Origin: an uncultured Candidatus Saccharibacteria bacterium
Lineage (GTDB): Bacteria > Patescibacteriota > UBA1384 > DTJR01
Length of the DNA: 64,000 nt
Reading direction: 5' to 3'
Assembly: GCA_964580065.1 (NCBI GenBank)
Contig: CAZOJE010000003.1
Span: forward strand, 18,441 to 82,440
The translations under genes and the position numbers were made by a program. The notes beneath the pieces were generated by a model. That model was not told where the DNA came from, did not search any database, and saw only the letters and a list, made by a program, of their open reading frames with translations. Each line of letters starts with the position of its first letter. Within the stretch, counting starts at the first letter, position 1. Of this stretch, positions 40,203 through 51,466 are shown piece after piece.

Positions 40203-40598
40203 ATGAAAATGGCCCTAAAAATTATCGGAGCGATTTTCCTTGTTATAATTATTGCGATTGGAATTGCGGTTGTGAGAACCCTAAATTATCACAAAAAACT
40301 TAAAGCCGAGCCCGTCAAAGATATTGATTTTTCTAAAGTTAAAGATGGAGAATATGAAGGCAAGTTTGACGCTAGTTTATGGACAAACAATGTTCAGGTC
40401 GTTGTCGCGAACCACAAAATTACCAAAATCACGCTGCTTAAAGCCAACAACACCCCTATGGCCGATAAAGAAAATGAGATTATATCTAAAATTATTAGCC
40501 AGCAAAATTTAAAGGTTGACGTCGTTGCCGGAGCCACTATCACGACAAAAACAATCTTAAAATCAACCGAAATCGCCCTAGAAAAGGGATTGAATTAG
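40203..40598 (+). CDS. Membrane-anchored FMN-binding domain protein
   Basis: N-terminal TM, KDGEYEG, VDVVAGATITT flavinylation-type motif. Confidence 0.85.
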   Translation: MKMALKIIGAIFLVIIIAIGIAVVRTLNYHKKLKAEPVKDIDFSKVKDGEYEGKFDASLWTNNVQVVVANHKITKITLLKANNTPMADKENEIISKIISQQNLKVDVVAGATITTKTILKSTEIALEKGLN

Positions 40599-40852
40599 AG
40601 CCGTAAACAGAAAAACCCAGAGAAACGCAACATGTTTTTTCGGCTTTTATTTTCAGTGCATATGCTGCGACATTATCAAACTAAGCGGTTATGATTATAA
40701 AGGACACACCACCCGAGCCGTATCAGCGCTAGCAAAAAAAATAGAAATTTTATCAGCTAGCTAAAATTTGCAGATAAAATTTCGCCACAAAAAACTCGCG
40801 TTGACATTTTATGTCAAAAACATAATTTGAATGTTATAATTATTAACAAAAT

Positions 40853-41167
40853 ATGAGCGATAAAGCACAACCCCAAAATACATCGAAGGGACGAGAGGAA
40901 ATCGGCTTCAAAATACTTCTTGTTATTATTGAAGCCATATCTATATTCAGAATACTTATTTGTGTTGTTGTTATGGGAAGCAACTATGGCGCTGAGTCTG
41001 CGCTTCCCTATATGCTGACAGGGTTAATTATCTTCGTCATTCTTCAAATTATTCTTTTTAAAAATAAGAGGGTCAGACAAAGCACTGGCCTCTCACTGTT
41101 AATTTTGATAGGTATATTGTTGACGGCCATTGTTACGTCTAATTCTTCTTTCAGATTTTTTGACTAA
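40853..41167 (+). CDS. Small three-TM hypothetical membrane protein
   Basis: Hydrophobic ORF with upstream TATAAT. Confidence 0.55.
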   Translation: MSDKAQPQNTSKGREEIGFKILLVIIEAISIFRILICVVVMGSNYGAESALPYMLTGLIIFVILQIILFKNKRVRQSTGLSLLILIGILLTAIVTSNSSFRFFD

Positions 41168-41242
41168 ATTTAAATATATATTGACAAAACTAGATTGTGG
41201 CATCTGGTATAATTGACGTGTACAAGTTTTAATAGGAGAAAA

Positions 41243-41719
41243 ATGACCGCACAAAATGACAATTGTATTTTTTGCAAAATTGCCAAAGGTGAAATGCCCG
41301 CTCATAAAGTTTGGGAAGACGAAAATTATTTGGCTTTTTTAAGCATTTTTCCTAATACCGAAGGATTCACCGTGGTGATTCCCAAAAAACATTATTCGAG
41401 TTACGCTTTCGCTCAAAGCGATGAAATATTATCAAATTTAATTTTAGCGGCAAAAAAAGTAGCTCGAAAAATTGATAATGCATTTGAAGACGTCGGCCGC
41501 ACCGGCCTAATTTTAGAAGGGTTCGGGGTTGACCATCTGCACGCAAAACTTTTTCCGATGCATTCGACCAGCGCTGAAAGTTGGCAGCCAGTTGAATCCG
41601 ACATTGATATTTACTTTGAAAAATACCTCGGCTACATCAGCTCGCATGATTCAAGCAGGGCTGACGATGAGGCCCTCGCCGTTACTGCCAAAAAAATTCG
41701 TCAAGCAAAAGGTAACTAA
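41243..41719 (+). CDS. HIT-family nucleotide hydrolase (HxHxK variant)
   Basis: CIFCKIA.GE, AFLSIFP, VIPKKH, VDHLHAKL; SD AGGAG. Confidence 0.88.
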   Translation: MTAQNDNCIFCKIAKGEMPAHKVWEDENYLAFLSIFPNTEGFTVVIPKKHYSSYAFAQSDEILSNLILAAKKVARKIDNAFEDVGRTGLILEGFGVDHLHAKLFPMHSTSAESWQPVESDIDIYFEKYLGYISSHDSSRADDEALAVTAKKIRQAKGN

Positions 41720-41721
41720 AT

Positions 41722-42645
41722 ATGGCCGAAATAACCGAAATTAAACCAAGAAAATCCCGTTGGGGAGTATTAGCGTTTTTAGTGGTTTTGCTCGCCGGCG
41801 GATATTTTGGCGTTTTATATTATTTATATTTGCCCAAATGTGCCCTACCAACCGAATACAGCGTCGGTGCGATTGACTCGCGTTTCAAAATATCAGCGGC
41901 CGAGTTCTCGGCCGCCGCCGGCGACGCCGGGAAGCTTTGGGACGACCAAACAGCCAAAAATATTTTACAATTAGGCGCAAATGCTCCCATTAAAATAAAT
42001 CTCATTTACGACGATCGCCAAGCTCAAATTGACAAGATAAACGAGGAGGCGGGCCAAATCGTATCCGATCAAGAAGATCTTGTATCTCTGAACCAAAAAT
42101 TTGACGAGCTATACGCTCAATATCAACAAAACCTTAAATCTTTTAATGAAAAGGTGAGTTACTGGAATACACAAGGCGGCGCACCCGAACCGACTTACAG
42201 CGAGCTGAAAACACAACAAGAGCAGTTAGAAAAAACTCGGCTTACTTTGGTCGCCATGAATAATGTTTTGAATACAAAAATCGATCAGCACAATCTTTCG
42301 GTCGACAGCTTTAACCAAACAGTCGAAAAAAACCGCAATAAAATTATCACGCAAGGGGAATATAATCCCACTGATCGGTCAATTAATATTTATACATTTG
42401 GCGACGTAAAAGAGCTTAAATTTGTTATTGCTCACGAAATCGGCCACGCCCTTGGACTTAATCATGTCGATAATTCAAAATCGCTCATGTATTATCTTAT
42501 TCAAGATCAAGATGTCGATAACCCTGTTTTAACCACCGAAGACAAGCAAGCCCTCGGCAAAAAATGCAATCTCGACGCTGACTTTTTCCATCCGAATTGG
42601 CAAAACTTGAAGTCTCTCTTTCCCAACAAAGCCACAATCGAGTAA
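41722..42645 (+). CDS. Membrane-anchored matrixin (M10)-type metalloprotease with coiled-coil insert
   Basis: HEIGHALGLNH and SLMY Met-turn. Confidence 0.85.
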   Translation: MAEITEIKPRKSRWGVLAFLVVLLAGGYFGVLYYLYLPKCALPTEYSVGAIDSRFKISAAEFSAAAGDAGKLWDDQTAKNILQLGANAPIKINLIYDDRQAQIDKINEEAGQIVSDQEDLVSLNQKFDELYAQYQQNLKSFNEKVSYWNTQGGAPEPTYSELKTQQEQLEKTRLTLVAMNNVLNTKIDQHNLSVDSFNQTVEKNRNKIITQGEYNPTDRSINIYTFGDVKELKFVIAHEIGHALGLNHVDNSKSLMYYLIQDQDVDNPVLTTEDKQALGKKCNLDADFFHPNWQNLKSLFPNKATIE

Positions 42646-42654
42646 GATAAAACA

Positions 42655-43518
42655 ATGGACAAAATAATATTAGCGATTGATATCGGCGGGGCTACCATCA
42701 AAACGGCTCTCGTTAAAGGAACCGAAGTGTTGCAGTACAAAAATTTTGCGACATCATCTAGTTTGAACGAATTATTGGAGATTATAAAATTAACCAGCGG
42801 CCAATATCGGAAAATTCATAATTTTGACGGTATCGGAATTGGCCTCCCGGGATTAATCGACTTTGCTAACCAAAAAGCGCTCTTCTGCCCCAACCTCCCC
42901 TATTTGAACGGTTTTTCGCCCGACCTTTTGGGTGAAAATGTTAAAATTGCCAACGACGCTGACTTGGCTTTGTGTGGCGAAGTCATCATTAACCAACTAA
43001 AAAAAACCACCGCTATGTTCACTCTCGGCACAGGTATTGGCGGCGCGCTCTTTTTTTCGGGAGCTTGGCCTTTCGAGTTACCTTTTGCCGGTGAATTTGG
43101 GCACCTCAAAATTGCCCCCAGCGGACCAATTTGCGGTTGTGGACAAAGAGGATGTTTAGAGGCCTTTATCGGAAGCAAATCCTTGCTCGGCGAGGCCAAA
43201 GCGAGAATCTCTCCGCAAATCGATTCGGTCAAAGAAATTTTTTCGCTTGCTAGGGACGGCAATCCTAAGGCCGCCCAAATAGTCAGAGAATTTTCCGAAT
43301 ATCTTGGCCTCGGCATTGCCAATGTCGTTAATATTACCGGCGCCGAAGTTATTATTTTGGGCGGCCAAATCGCTAAATCAGCCGACGTTTTTCTATCTCA
43401 CTTGCCCGCCACTGTCGGCGGAAAAATATCTTTTGCCAAACTTAGATCAATCGAAATAAGATCGGCTTTTGATCCAGAAAAAAACGCCCTCATCGGCGCA
43501 ACGGCCTTATTTGATTAG
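42655..43518 (+). CDS. ROK-family sugar kinase (glucokinase-like)
   Basis: AIDIGGA, NDAD, LGTGIGG, GEFGH, CGCGQRGCLE. Confidence 0.9.
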   Translation: MDKIILAIDIGGATIKTALVKGTEVLQYKNFATSSSLNELLEIIKLTSGQYRKIHNFDGIGIGLPGLIDFANQKALFCPNLPYLNGFSPDLLGENVKIANDADLALCGEVIINQLKKTTAMFTLGTGIGGALFFSGAWPFELPFAGEFGHLKIAPSGPICGCGQRGCLEAFIGSKSLLGEAKARISPQIDSVKEIFSLARDGNPKAAQIVREFSEYLGLGIANVVNITGAEVIILGGQIAKSADVFLSHLPATVGGKISFAKLRSIEIRSAFDPEKNALIGATALFD

Positions 43519-43521
43519 TAA

Positions 43522-44802
<1,281 letters not shown>

Positions 44803-44924
44803 TTAGTCCTCCTAACTACAAATGAATTTAACATTTACCGCTGACAAAATAAATACTACCGGTAAATTTTGCTTTTTTGAACTAAACATACTAAGATCGA
44901 AGTAATAATAATTGAGGAGGTCTA

Positions 44925-45257
44925 ATGGAAGAAAAGAAAAAAAGTTTTATAAAAGGAACAGCGACTGGCGTGGCAATCGGCGCCTTGGCTGGAGCAGTAG
45001 CCGGGATTCTCTTAGCTCCTAAAAGCGGCAAGCAAACACGCAAAGATATTGCCAAATATCTCGACAAGATGAAAGATGAAGTCGCCGAAGGATTAGAAAA
45101 AGCAGGCGATTTTACCAAAGAAAAATATGCCGAAGTTGTTGAGGCAGTCGTAGCAACATACGAAAAGGCCAAAAAAATTACTTCAAAAGAAGCGGCTGAA
45201 ATTAAAGAAGATCTTAATGCCGGCTACGATAAGGTAAAAAAATCAGTCAAAAAGTAA
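44925..45257 (+). CDS. YtxH-domain protein
   Basis: GALAGAVAGILLAPKSGKQTR. Confidence 0.85.
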   Translation: MEEKKKSFIKGTATGVAIGALAGAVAGILLAPKSGKQTRKDIAKYLDKMKDEVAEGLEKAGDFTKEKYAEVVEAVVATYEKAKKITSKEAAEIKEDLNAGYDKVKKSVKK

Positions 45258-45269
45258 ATAACACCGATC

Positions 45270-45836
45270 TCAAAAAGCTCCCTCATTGGGAGCTTTTTGA
45301 TTTTTCCTACTTTTATAATAGGCAAAAATGCCAGCAACTACGCTGATGATAATTGCCAAAATAAATAACTTAGTAAAATTTTTACTACTCAATCGTTCAA
45401 CCTCTAAATAACCAAAACTAGCAAATCGGTAATCTAAAATAAATTTTCCAACAAGATAAGCAACTGTCGCAATAATGGGCAAGAGATAAAATTTTTCCCG
45501 TCTAATTAAATAAGCCCCTTGCAACCCGTAAAATAAAACCCAAAAAATCTGTCCCGTGTCTTGCCAAGCAAATCCTTTGTCTGCCATTAACACTGGGTAG
45601 TATACAACCGCCATCGCCCCAAAAACGATACTGCCAATGGTGGCAAAAGCCAACAAATATGGATTGACTGGTTTGTTTTTGGCTTTTTGCCAGAAACAAA
45701 TTGCCAGCGCCAAAGGATATATCGGACAAATAGGGGCAAAAAAATATGCCCAAACCGGCATAAAGAAAAATTTTGGCCAATCGACTATTAAAGCCGCTAC
45801 CGACCAGAACAAATCCGCTAAGGATAAAAAATACAT
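45270..45836 (-). CDS. Multi-pass membrane protein (DUF1405-like)
   Basis: FAPICPIYP motif, about 6 TM. Confidence 0.5.
   Translation of the reverse strand: MYFLSLADLFWSVAALIVDWPKFFFMPVWAYFFAPICPIYPLALAICFWQKAKNKPVNPYLLAFATIGSIVFGAMAVVYYPVLMADKGFAWQDTGQIFWVLFYGLQGAYLIRREKFYLLPIIATVAYLVGKFILDYRFASFGYLEVERLSSKNFTKLFILAIIISVVAGIFAYYKSRKNQKAPNEGAF
45271..45299. terminator. Bidirectional terminator
   Basis: caaaaagctccc-tcatt-gggagctttttg between convergent genes. Confidence 0.75.
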
Positions 45837-45894
45837 TTAATTATTATAGCCAATCGTCCTTGCTTGAACAACAGATATTTGGCACAATGGGACA

Positions 45895-47457
45895 ATGAAT
45901 CAACATCTAGAAAAAGTTATTAAAATAGTTACTCTGCGATACCAAAAACCCGCCGTCAAGCAAGAAGAAGCCACTGTTAAAATTAACGAGTCTGTGGCTA
46001 AAGCCGCTTTCTATTACGAAAAACTACGCAATGTAATTGACTACCAAGATGAGCATCTCTTCCTTAAAAATGCCATTAAGCGGATTTTAAAGCGCTTCAA
46101 AGTTCTGCCTTTTGGCGACATTCCTTCAAAACTTTTGCGCGAATTAGTTTGGGCCGGATATTTTAAAAACGATGCCTTGCCCTTGCGATATATCGAAGAT
46201 ATTGACCAAATTTTAAAAAAATACGAATTTATCCAAACACACTTGGGGGACAAAAAAGCCAGTCATAAAAAAGTCCGGTCAATTCTATCAGGTTTGATCG
46301 CTTGCGATATCGAAACTTTGCTTTCTCCGGCTGTTGCTCACGATGAATTTATCAAATTCGCCAAGCAAACTATCGCTCAAAATATCCAAATCAGTGAAGC
46401 AGAAATGGGTAAGGAAGCGGTTGACATTCAAATTGACATTGCCATTGAACGGCTCCTGTTTAAAGCCGATTACGACCAACTTTTTTTCAAAATGCTCAAA
46501 CACTTTTACCCTGACTGGCCCGATATCACCAAAGAAGAAGGCGAAGATTTGGCTAAAAATTTCACTAAAATTCGCGGCGCGATTGATTCATGGATTGTTT
46601 TTAATAAAAAAACTAAGATTCAAAATTACGTCAAAAAACAACTGCCTGTTTTTTTAGTTTTATGGAATATTTTAGTAAATAACACTAACCCAAATTCGCT
46701 TTTTCAGTCCCCCGCTCGGGTGCGAGAAGTTTCCCAATTATTTATTAATTCTCGCAACAAAGAACTTTTTAAAAAAGTAATGCGCGCCCTAGTCAGAGGT
46801 GTAGTTTTTATTCTGCTGACTAAAACGATTCTTGTATTATTGATTGAATATCCTTACGAAGCGCGCATAATTCAAGATGTCAATTATTTTGCCCTTGGCG
46901 TGAATATGATTTTACCGCCGCTAATTCTCCTTATCGCCGGTTCGTTTATTAAAATTCCCGGCCGGCGCAATAATGAAAAATTAGTTGATTCTATCGAGAC
47001 AGTTGTTTTTCAAGAAAAACTGCCAGCCAAACCCCTGCTAACTTTAAAGATAAAAAAATCAAAAGGTTACGCCATTTTTAATGTGGCCTACTCTATCCTC
47101 TCGCTGGCCATTCTCATATTGGTGGGCTGGGGACTTTACAAAATCCACTTCAACCCTGTTAGCATCGCTTTTTTCTATATTTTTGTTTCTATCGTCAGCT
47201 TTCTTGCTTTTCGCACTCGCGCTACCGCCAAAGAACTAGAAATTGAATTTACCGAAGATAGCTGGCTGGTCGGCATTATTAATTTTGTTTTGCTCCCCTT
47301 TGTTTCAATCGGCAAATATCTTTCCGATAAGTGGAGTGAATATAATTTTATGCTGTTTTTTTGGGACTTCATTATCGAAGCGCCTTTTAAAACCGTCATT
47401 AGCGTCTTTGAGTCCTGGCTCTCGTTTACTCGCGAAAAACGAGAAAAATTCGAGTGA
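45895..47457 (+). CDS. Conserved hypothetical membrane protein (helical N-terminus, C-terminal TMs)
   Basis: Long ORF, YEKLRNVIDY.DEHL..AIKRIL, ends DFIIEAPFK..E.W..F.REKRE. Confidence 0.7.
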   Translation: MNQHLEKVIKIVTLRYQKPAVKQEEATVKINESVAKAAFYYEKLRNVIDYQDEHLFLKNAIKRILKRFKVLPFGDIPSKLLRELVWAGYFKNDALPLRYIEDIDQILKKYEFIQTHLGDKKASHKKVRSILSGLIACDIETLLSPAVAHDEFIKFAKQTIAQNIQISEAEMGKEAVDIQIDIAIERLLFKADYDQLFFKMLKHFYPDWPDITKEEGEDLAKNFTKIRGAIDSWIVFNKKTKIQNYVKKQLPVFLVLWNILVNNTNPNSLFQSPARVREVSQLFINSRNKELFKKVMRALVRGVVFILLTKTILVLLIEYPYEARIIQDVNYFALGVNMILPPLILLIAGSFIKIPGRRNNEKLVDSIETVVFQEKLPAKPLLTLKIKKSKGYAIFNVAYSILSLAILILVGWGLYKIHFNPVSIAFFYIFVSIVSFLAFRTRATAKELEIEFTEDSWLVGIINFVLLPFVSIGKYLSDKWSEYNFMLFFWDFIIEAPFKTVISVFESWLSFTREKREKFE

Positions 47458-47459
47458 TT

Positions 47460-49196
47460 TTAGTACTTGAGCAGTTTGATAAAAACTTCTGTTGGCAAGC
47501 TTACTCGGCCGACCATTGCCATTTTCTTTTTGCCTTTTTTCTGTTTTTCTAGTAGTTTTCGCTTTCGCGTTACATCACCGCCATAAAGTTTTTCGGTAAC
47601 ATCTTTTCTAAATGGCGAAATTCTTTCGCTGGCAATTATTCGGCCGCCAACAGCCGCTTGAATTTTAACTTCAAAATTCTGACGCGGGATAAATTCTTTC
47701 ATCCTGCTAACAACCGACTTGGCCACCCGATCAGAAAAACCACGATAAACCATGCGGGAAAAAGCGTCGATTTTTTCTCCGGCAATATAAAAATCCAGTT
47801 GAATTAAATCGGATTCCCTGAACCCAATAAACTCATAATTGATTGAGCCGTACCCTTGAGTAGCCGATTTCAAAACGTCATAAAAATCAACGATAATTTC
47901 ACTCAAAGGCAATTCATATTCCAAAATAGTTTTTTCGTCCAGATGGCGAATATTTTTTTGGATGCCGCGCCGCGATTCCAAAATTTCGATAACACGACCT
48001 AAAAAATTTTTCGGCGTAATCAGCTCGGCTCTGACCCATGGTTCGAGCGTTTTGCCATCTTCAAAACGATATTCCACCGTCGGCGTTGTCACCACCAGTT
48101 CTAAATCATACTCTCTCTCCAGCCGTTCTTTGACAATTTCCAAATGCAATAGGCCCAAAAAACCGCACCTAAAACCAAAGCCAAAGGCCTTGGAATTAGT
48201 CGGCTCATAAATAATCGAAGAATCAGACAACTTTAGTTTCGACAAACTTTCGCGCAAGCGGTTGTAATCCTCGCCGCTAGAAGAATAAATTTCGGCATAT
48301 ACCATCGAGCGCGGTTCCTTGTATCCTTCAAGCGGCTCAATATCACCCGCCTCGGTTCTTTTATCTTCAATGGTCACCGTGTCGCCGATTCTCGCTTCAG
48401 CCACTTCCTTAAAAGAAGTAACAATGTAGCCAATTTCGCCAGCCGAAATCTTACCAGTTGGTTTCAGACCAAGTTGAATTGCCCCAACATCGCCAGCATT
48501 GGTTGCTTTCCCTTGATAAATAAATCTAATTTCGTCATTTTTGGTAATTTCACCGTCAAAAACCCTGACATAAGCCACAACCCCGCGGTAATCATCAAAA
48601 TAGGAATCAAACACCAAGGCCCGCGGATAACCAACGCTCGAATCTCGTGGCGAAGGAATTTTATTGACGACTTCTTCAAGCAATTCCTCAACACCTTGCC
48701 CTGTTTTAGCCGAAATTAATTTCACGTCTTCAATTTCACAGCCCAATATTTCGGCAATTTCAAAAACCGCCTCTTCTACCCTCGCCTCCGGCAAATCGAT
48801 TTTGTTAATTGCGGGAATTATTTTAAGGCCGACTTTCTTGGCTAATTCAAGATTGGCCAAAGTTTGCGCCTGTACGCCCTTGGTTGCATCGACTAAAAGA
48901 ATTGCCCCTTCCACCGCCTGAAGACTACGCGAAACTTCGTAAGAAAAGTCCACGTGCCCGGGCGTGTCAATCAGATTCAGCTCAAATTCCGCCCCATTCA
49001 GCTTATAGCTCATTCTTACCGGTTGAAGTTTAATCGTAATACCCCGCTCCCTTTCTAAATCCATTGAATCGAGAATTTGCTGATGCATTTTTCTTTGCTC
49101 AACCGTGTGGGTAATTTCCAAAAGACGGTCAGCCAAGGTTGACTTACCATGATCAATATGAGAAATAATGCAAAAATTTCTGATGTTTTTGGGCAT
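47460..49196 (-). CDS. lepA: Elongation factor 4
   Basis: IRNFCIISHIDHGKSTLADR, FRCGFLGLLH, LYGGDVTRKRKLLEKQK. Confidence 0.97.
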   Translation of the reverse strand: MPKNIRNFCIISHIDHGKSTLADRLLEITHTVEQRKMHQQILDSMDLERERGITIKLQPVRMSYKLNGAEFELNLIDTPGHVDFSYEVSRSLQAVEGAILLVDATKGVQAQTLANLELAKKVGLKIIPAINKIDLPEARVEEAVFEIAEILGCEIEDVKLISAKTGQGVEELLEEVVNKIPSPRDSSVGYPRALVFDSYFDDYRGVVAYVRVFDGEITKNDEIRFIYQGKATNAGDVGAIQLGLKPTGKISAGEIGYIVTSFKEVAEARIGDTVTIEDKRTEAGDIEPLEGYKEPRSMVYAEIYSSSGEDYNRLRESLSKLKLSDSSIIYEPTNSKAFGFGFRCGFLGLLHLEIVKERLEREYDLELVVTTPTVEYRFEDGKTLEPWVRAELITPKNFLGRVIEILESRRGIQKNIRHLDEKTILEYELPLSEIIVDFYDVLKSATQGYGSINYEFIGFRESDLIQLDFYIAGEKIDAFSRMVYRGFSDRVAKSVVSRMKEFIPRQNFEVKIQAAVGGRIIASERISPFRKDVTEKLYGGDVTRKRKLLEKQKKGKKKMAMVGRVSLPTEVFIKLLKY

Positions 49197-49203
49197 AGTG
49201 TGA

Positions 49204-49794
49204 CTATTTTTTTACTGATACGGTCATAACGCCGTCTTGCAAATATACACTTTCTACCGAGGAGTTGGCAAGATCTGGATAGCTATCCGAGATCACCTTG
49301 GAAATGGATCGCGACAATCCCGCCGCCAAAAAATCGGGAGCTTTTATTGTCCCAATCATTACTTCGGTTAATTTAACATTTAATTTTCCGCCATCTGCCT
49401 CCGGCTTGAAACAGCTAGTCAGATTAGCGGGGGCTAAATAACTTGTTTTTCCTGATAAATAAATGCCTTCGGGGCTAATACGGCAACCGAAATTCTTTTT
49501 TTTCGTTAGTTCGGCCAGCTTGCTACACAATGTTCCTTCCTGAATAATCAGATCGGTTTTGTTTTCTTGACTGATAGCGGAAAAATTAGAGCTGGAAGAA
49601 ATATTCGGGCGAGTTATGTCTTCTACTGCACCCGAAAAACGTAGTTTACCGGCAAAAATAAATAAGCAAGTTTCAGCCAATATCAAAATCAGCAAAAGGG
49701 CCACAGCCATGCTGGCACAACTGCAACCTGAAGATCGCTGTTTATTTTCGTCCAATTCGTTATAGAACTTGTCCGTTTGCACGGTTTTTTTCAT
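49204..49794 (-). CDS. Membrane-anchored hypothetical protein
   Basis: Single TM after SSGCSC; beta-rich C-terminus. Confidence 0.6.
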   Translation of the reverse strand: MKKTVQTDKFYNELDENKQRSSGCSCASMAVALLLILILAETCLFIFAGKLRFSGAVEDITRPNISSSSNFSAISQENKTDLIIQEGTLCSKLAELTKKKNFGCRISPEGIYLSGKTSYLAPANLTSCFKPEADGGKLNVKLTEVMIGTIKAPDFLAAGLSRSISKVISDSYPDLANSSVESVYLQDGVMTVSVKK

Positions 49795-49800
49795 TTTTGT

Positions 49801-51360
49801 CTAATTTCTGACTTCTTTTAATTTAAAAATCCAAGCACACGATAGATAGACCACTGCTCCCACGGTTAGCGAAATAACTGCCTGAAGGAGCAAAAATCTA
49901 ACGCGATTGATGTCAAACACTCCGGCCACCGCCGTTTTGGTGGCTTGCATAGCCGAAGCCGCAACTAAGGTTAAAACCGAAACAATGGCTGTATGCCAAG
50001 AAAGTTCCCTCACACGCAGATGAACCGATTCTTGAATATGATAAAACAGCAAAATTAGGTTTATCCAAGAGCCAATACTGAAAGCCAGGGCCAAGCCCGC
50101 TACAGGCCCGCTAGTCAGAAAACCTCCGCGAGAAAAAATATAACCAAAAACAATGCTGGCTAAAATCGAAAAAAGACTAATCGTCATTGGCGTCTTAGTA
50201 TCATGCATGGCGTAAAAACCACGGGCAAAGATCGGAATCAATCCTTGAGCGACCACCGACAAAGCAAAGAAACCCAAAGCCGCTGAAGCTGATTTAGTAT
50301 CTGCCCAGCCAAAAAAACCATAGCCCAAAATAAGACGAATAATTTGGGCGCGAAGAACAAAAATCACTGCCGTGGCCGGAATCAGAAAAAACAAGGCCGC
50401 CTTAATCGCTTTGACAAAAACATTGCAAAACCTCTCCCTTTCTTCTTTTTCCTTGATCGAGAGCTCCGCTAAAGTTGGGAAAACAGCGGTCGCAAAAGAA
50501 TTGCCAAAGATTGCCGACGGAACCGTTTGAATATTGTCAGTTAAATTATAAATAGCAATCGCCCCCGGAAAAGCGGAAGCAAAACCGGTGTACGCAAACA
50601 GCAATATCTGGTTGGCGCCTAGGCCAATCGCTCGCGGCACCATTAAACGAATAATTCGAATGACATTTTTGTCGAAAAAATTTGGTTTAAATCCTATCTT
50701 GAGACCGACCCGCAGTGAAGCTGGAAGTTGGGTCAACATGTGTAAAAACGCGCCGGTTATCACCCCGATAATCACTCCTCGCACGCCATATCTGTCTGAT
50801 AAAAACAAAATGCTTAAGATGATCGAAAGGTTGTAAACAATCGGTGCCAAAGCATAAGATACAAATCTTTTTCGGGCGTTTAAAACACCGCCCAAAAAAT
50901 AAGAAACGGTAAAAATGAGTGGTGATATGAGCAACCAGCGTGCCGCTTGAATAGTTTCGGCCATCTTTTCCGGCGAAAAACTTGGTACCAATACATGCAT
51001 GAGATAAGGCATCAAGAAAAATAACACCGCCAAGGCCGCCGCCACTATAACCACGGCCACACTAATGGTGGTTGTGGCTAATTCATTGGCCTTTTCTTCG
51101 CCTTCTTCTTTCATACATTTCGAGTAAACTGGAACAAAAGCCGCCGCTACTGAACCCAAAATTAAAACATTAAAAATAAGATCCGGCCAACGAAAAGCGG
51201 CATAATATATATCAAGCCGATCAGTGGGGATTTTTTGGGCCAAAAAATGATCTCGAATGACGCCTAGAACATTTGAAGCGGCAAAAGTAATCATCAAAAT
51301 TAAACTGGCAGAACGGATAGAGTTCTCTTTTAAGAACATCTTTTTTATTTGACTGAACAT
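49801..51360 (-). CDS. murJ: Lipid II flippase MurJ
   Basis: SNVLGVIRD, YYAAFRWPD, AFVPV, ARGFYAMHDTKTP. Confidence 0.93.
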   Translation of the reverse strand: MFSQIKKMFLKENSIRSASLILMITFAASNVLGVIRDHFLAQKIPTDRLDIYYAAFRWPDLIFNVLILGSVAAAFVPVYSKCMKEEGEEKANELATTTISVAVVIVAAALAVLFFLMPYLMHVLVPSFSPEKMAETIQAARWLLISPLIFTVSYFLGGVLNARKRFVSYALAPIVYNLSIILSILFLSDRYGVRGVIIGVITGAFLHMLTQLPASLRVGLKIGFKPNFFDKNVIRIIRLMVPRAIGLGANQILLFAYTGFASAFPGAIAIYNLTDNIQTVPSAIFGNSFATAVFPTLAELSIKEKEERERFCNVFVKAIKAALFFLIPATAVIFVLRAQIIRLILGYGFFGWADTKSASAALGFFALSVVAQGLIPIFARGFYAMHDTKTPMTISLFSILASIVFGYIFSRGGFLTSGPVAGLALAFSIGSWINLILLFYHIQESVHLRVRELSWHTAIVSVLTLVAASAMQATKTAVAGVFDINRVRFLLLQAVISLTVGAVVYLSCAWIFKLKEVRN

Positions 51361-51431
51361 ATGATGATATTAGCATTAAAGGAAAAAAAACTGAATACTT
51401 GCCCGTACATCGCCCATCAATGCAAAAGGAC

Positions 51432-51460
51432 TTGACAAGTTATATAACATTAGCTATGAT
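51432..51460 (+). promoter_or_regulatory. Sigma70 promoter TTGACA-17-TATGAT with no downstream CDS
   Basis: Near-consensus match. Confidence 0.7.
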
Positions 51461-51466
51461 GAACAA

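Larger units (their letters stand above)
39192..40747 (+). repeat. 69-bp perfect direct repeat (39192-39260 / 40679-40747) flanking apbE and the FMN-binding gene
   Basis: aactaagcggttatgattataaaggacacaccacccgagccgtatcagcgctagcaaaaaaaatagaaa occurs twice. Confidence 0.92.

Noticed and set aside
37385-40850. Prophage or integrative element at tRNA-Lys
   Set aside because: The att-like duplicate is only ~145 bp away and no integrase or phage genes are present.
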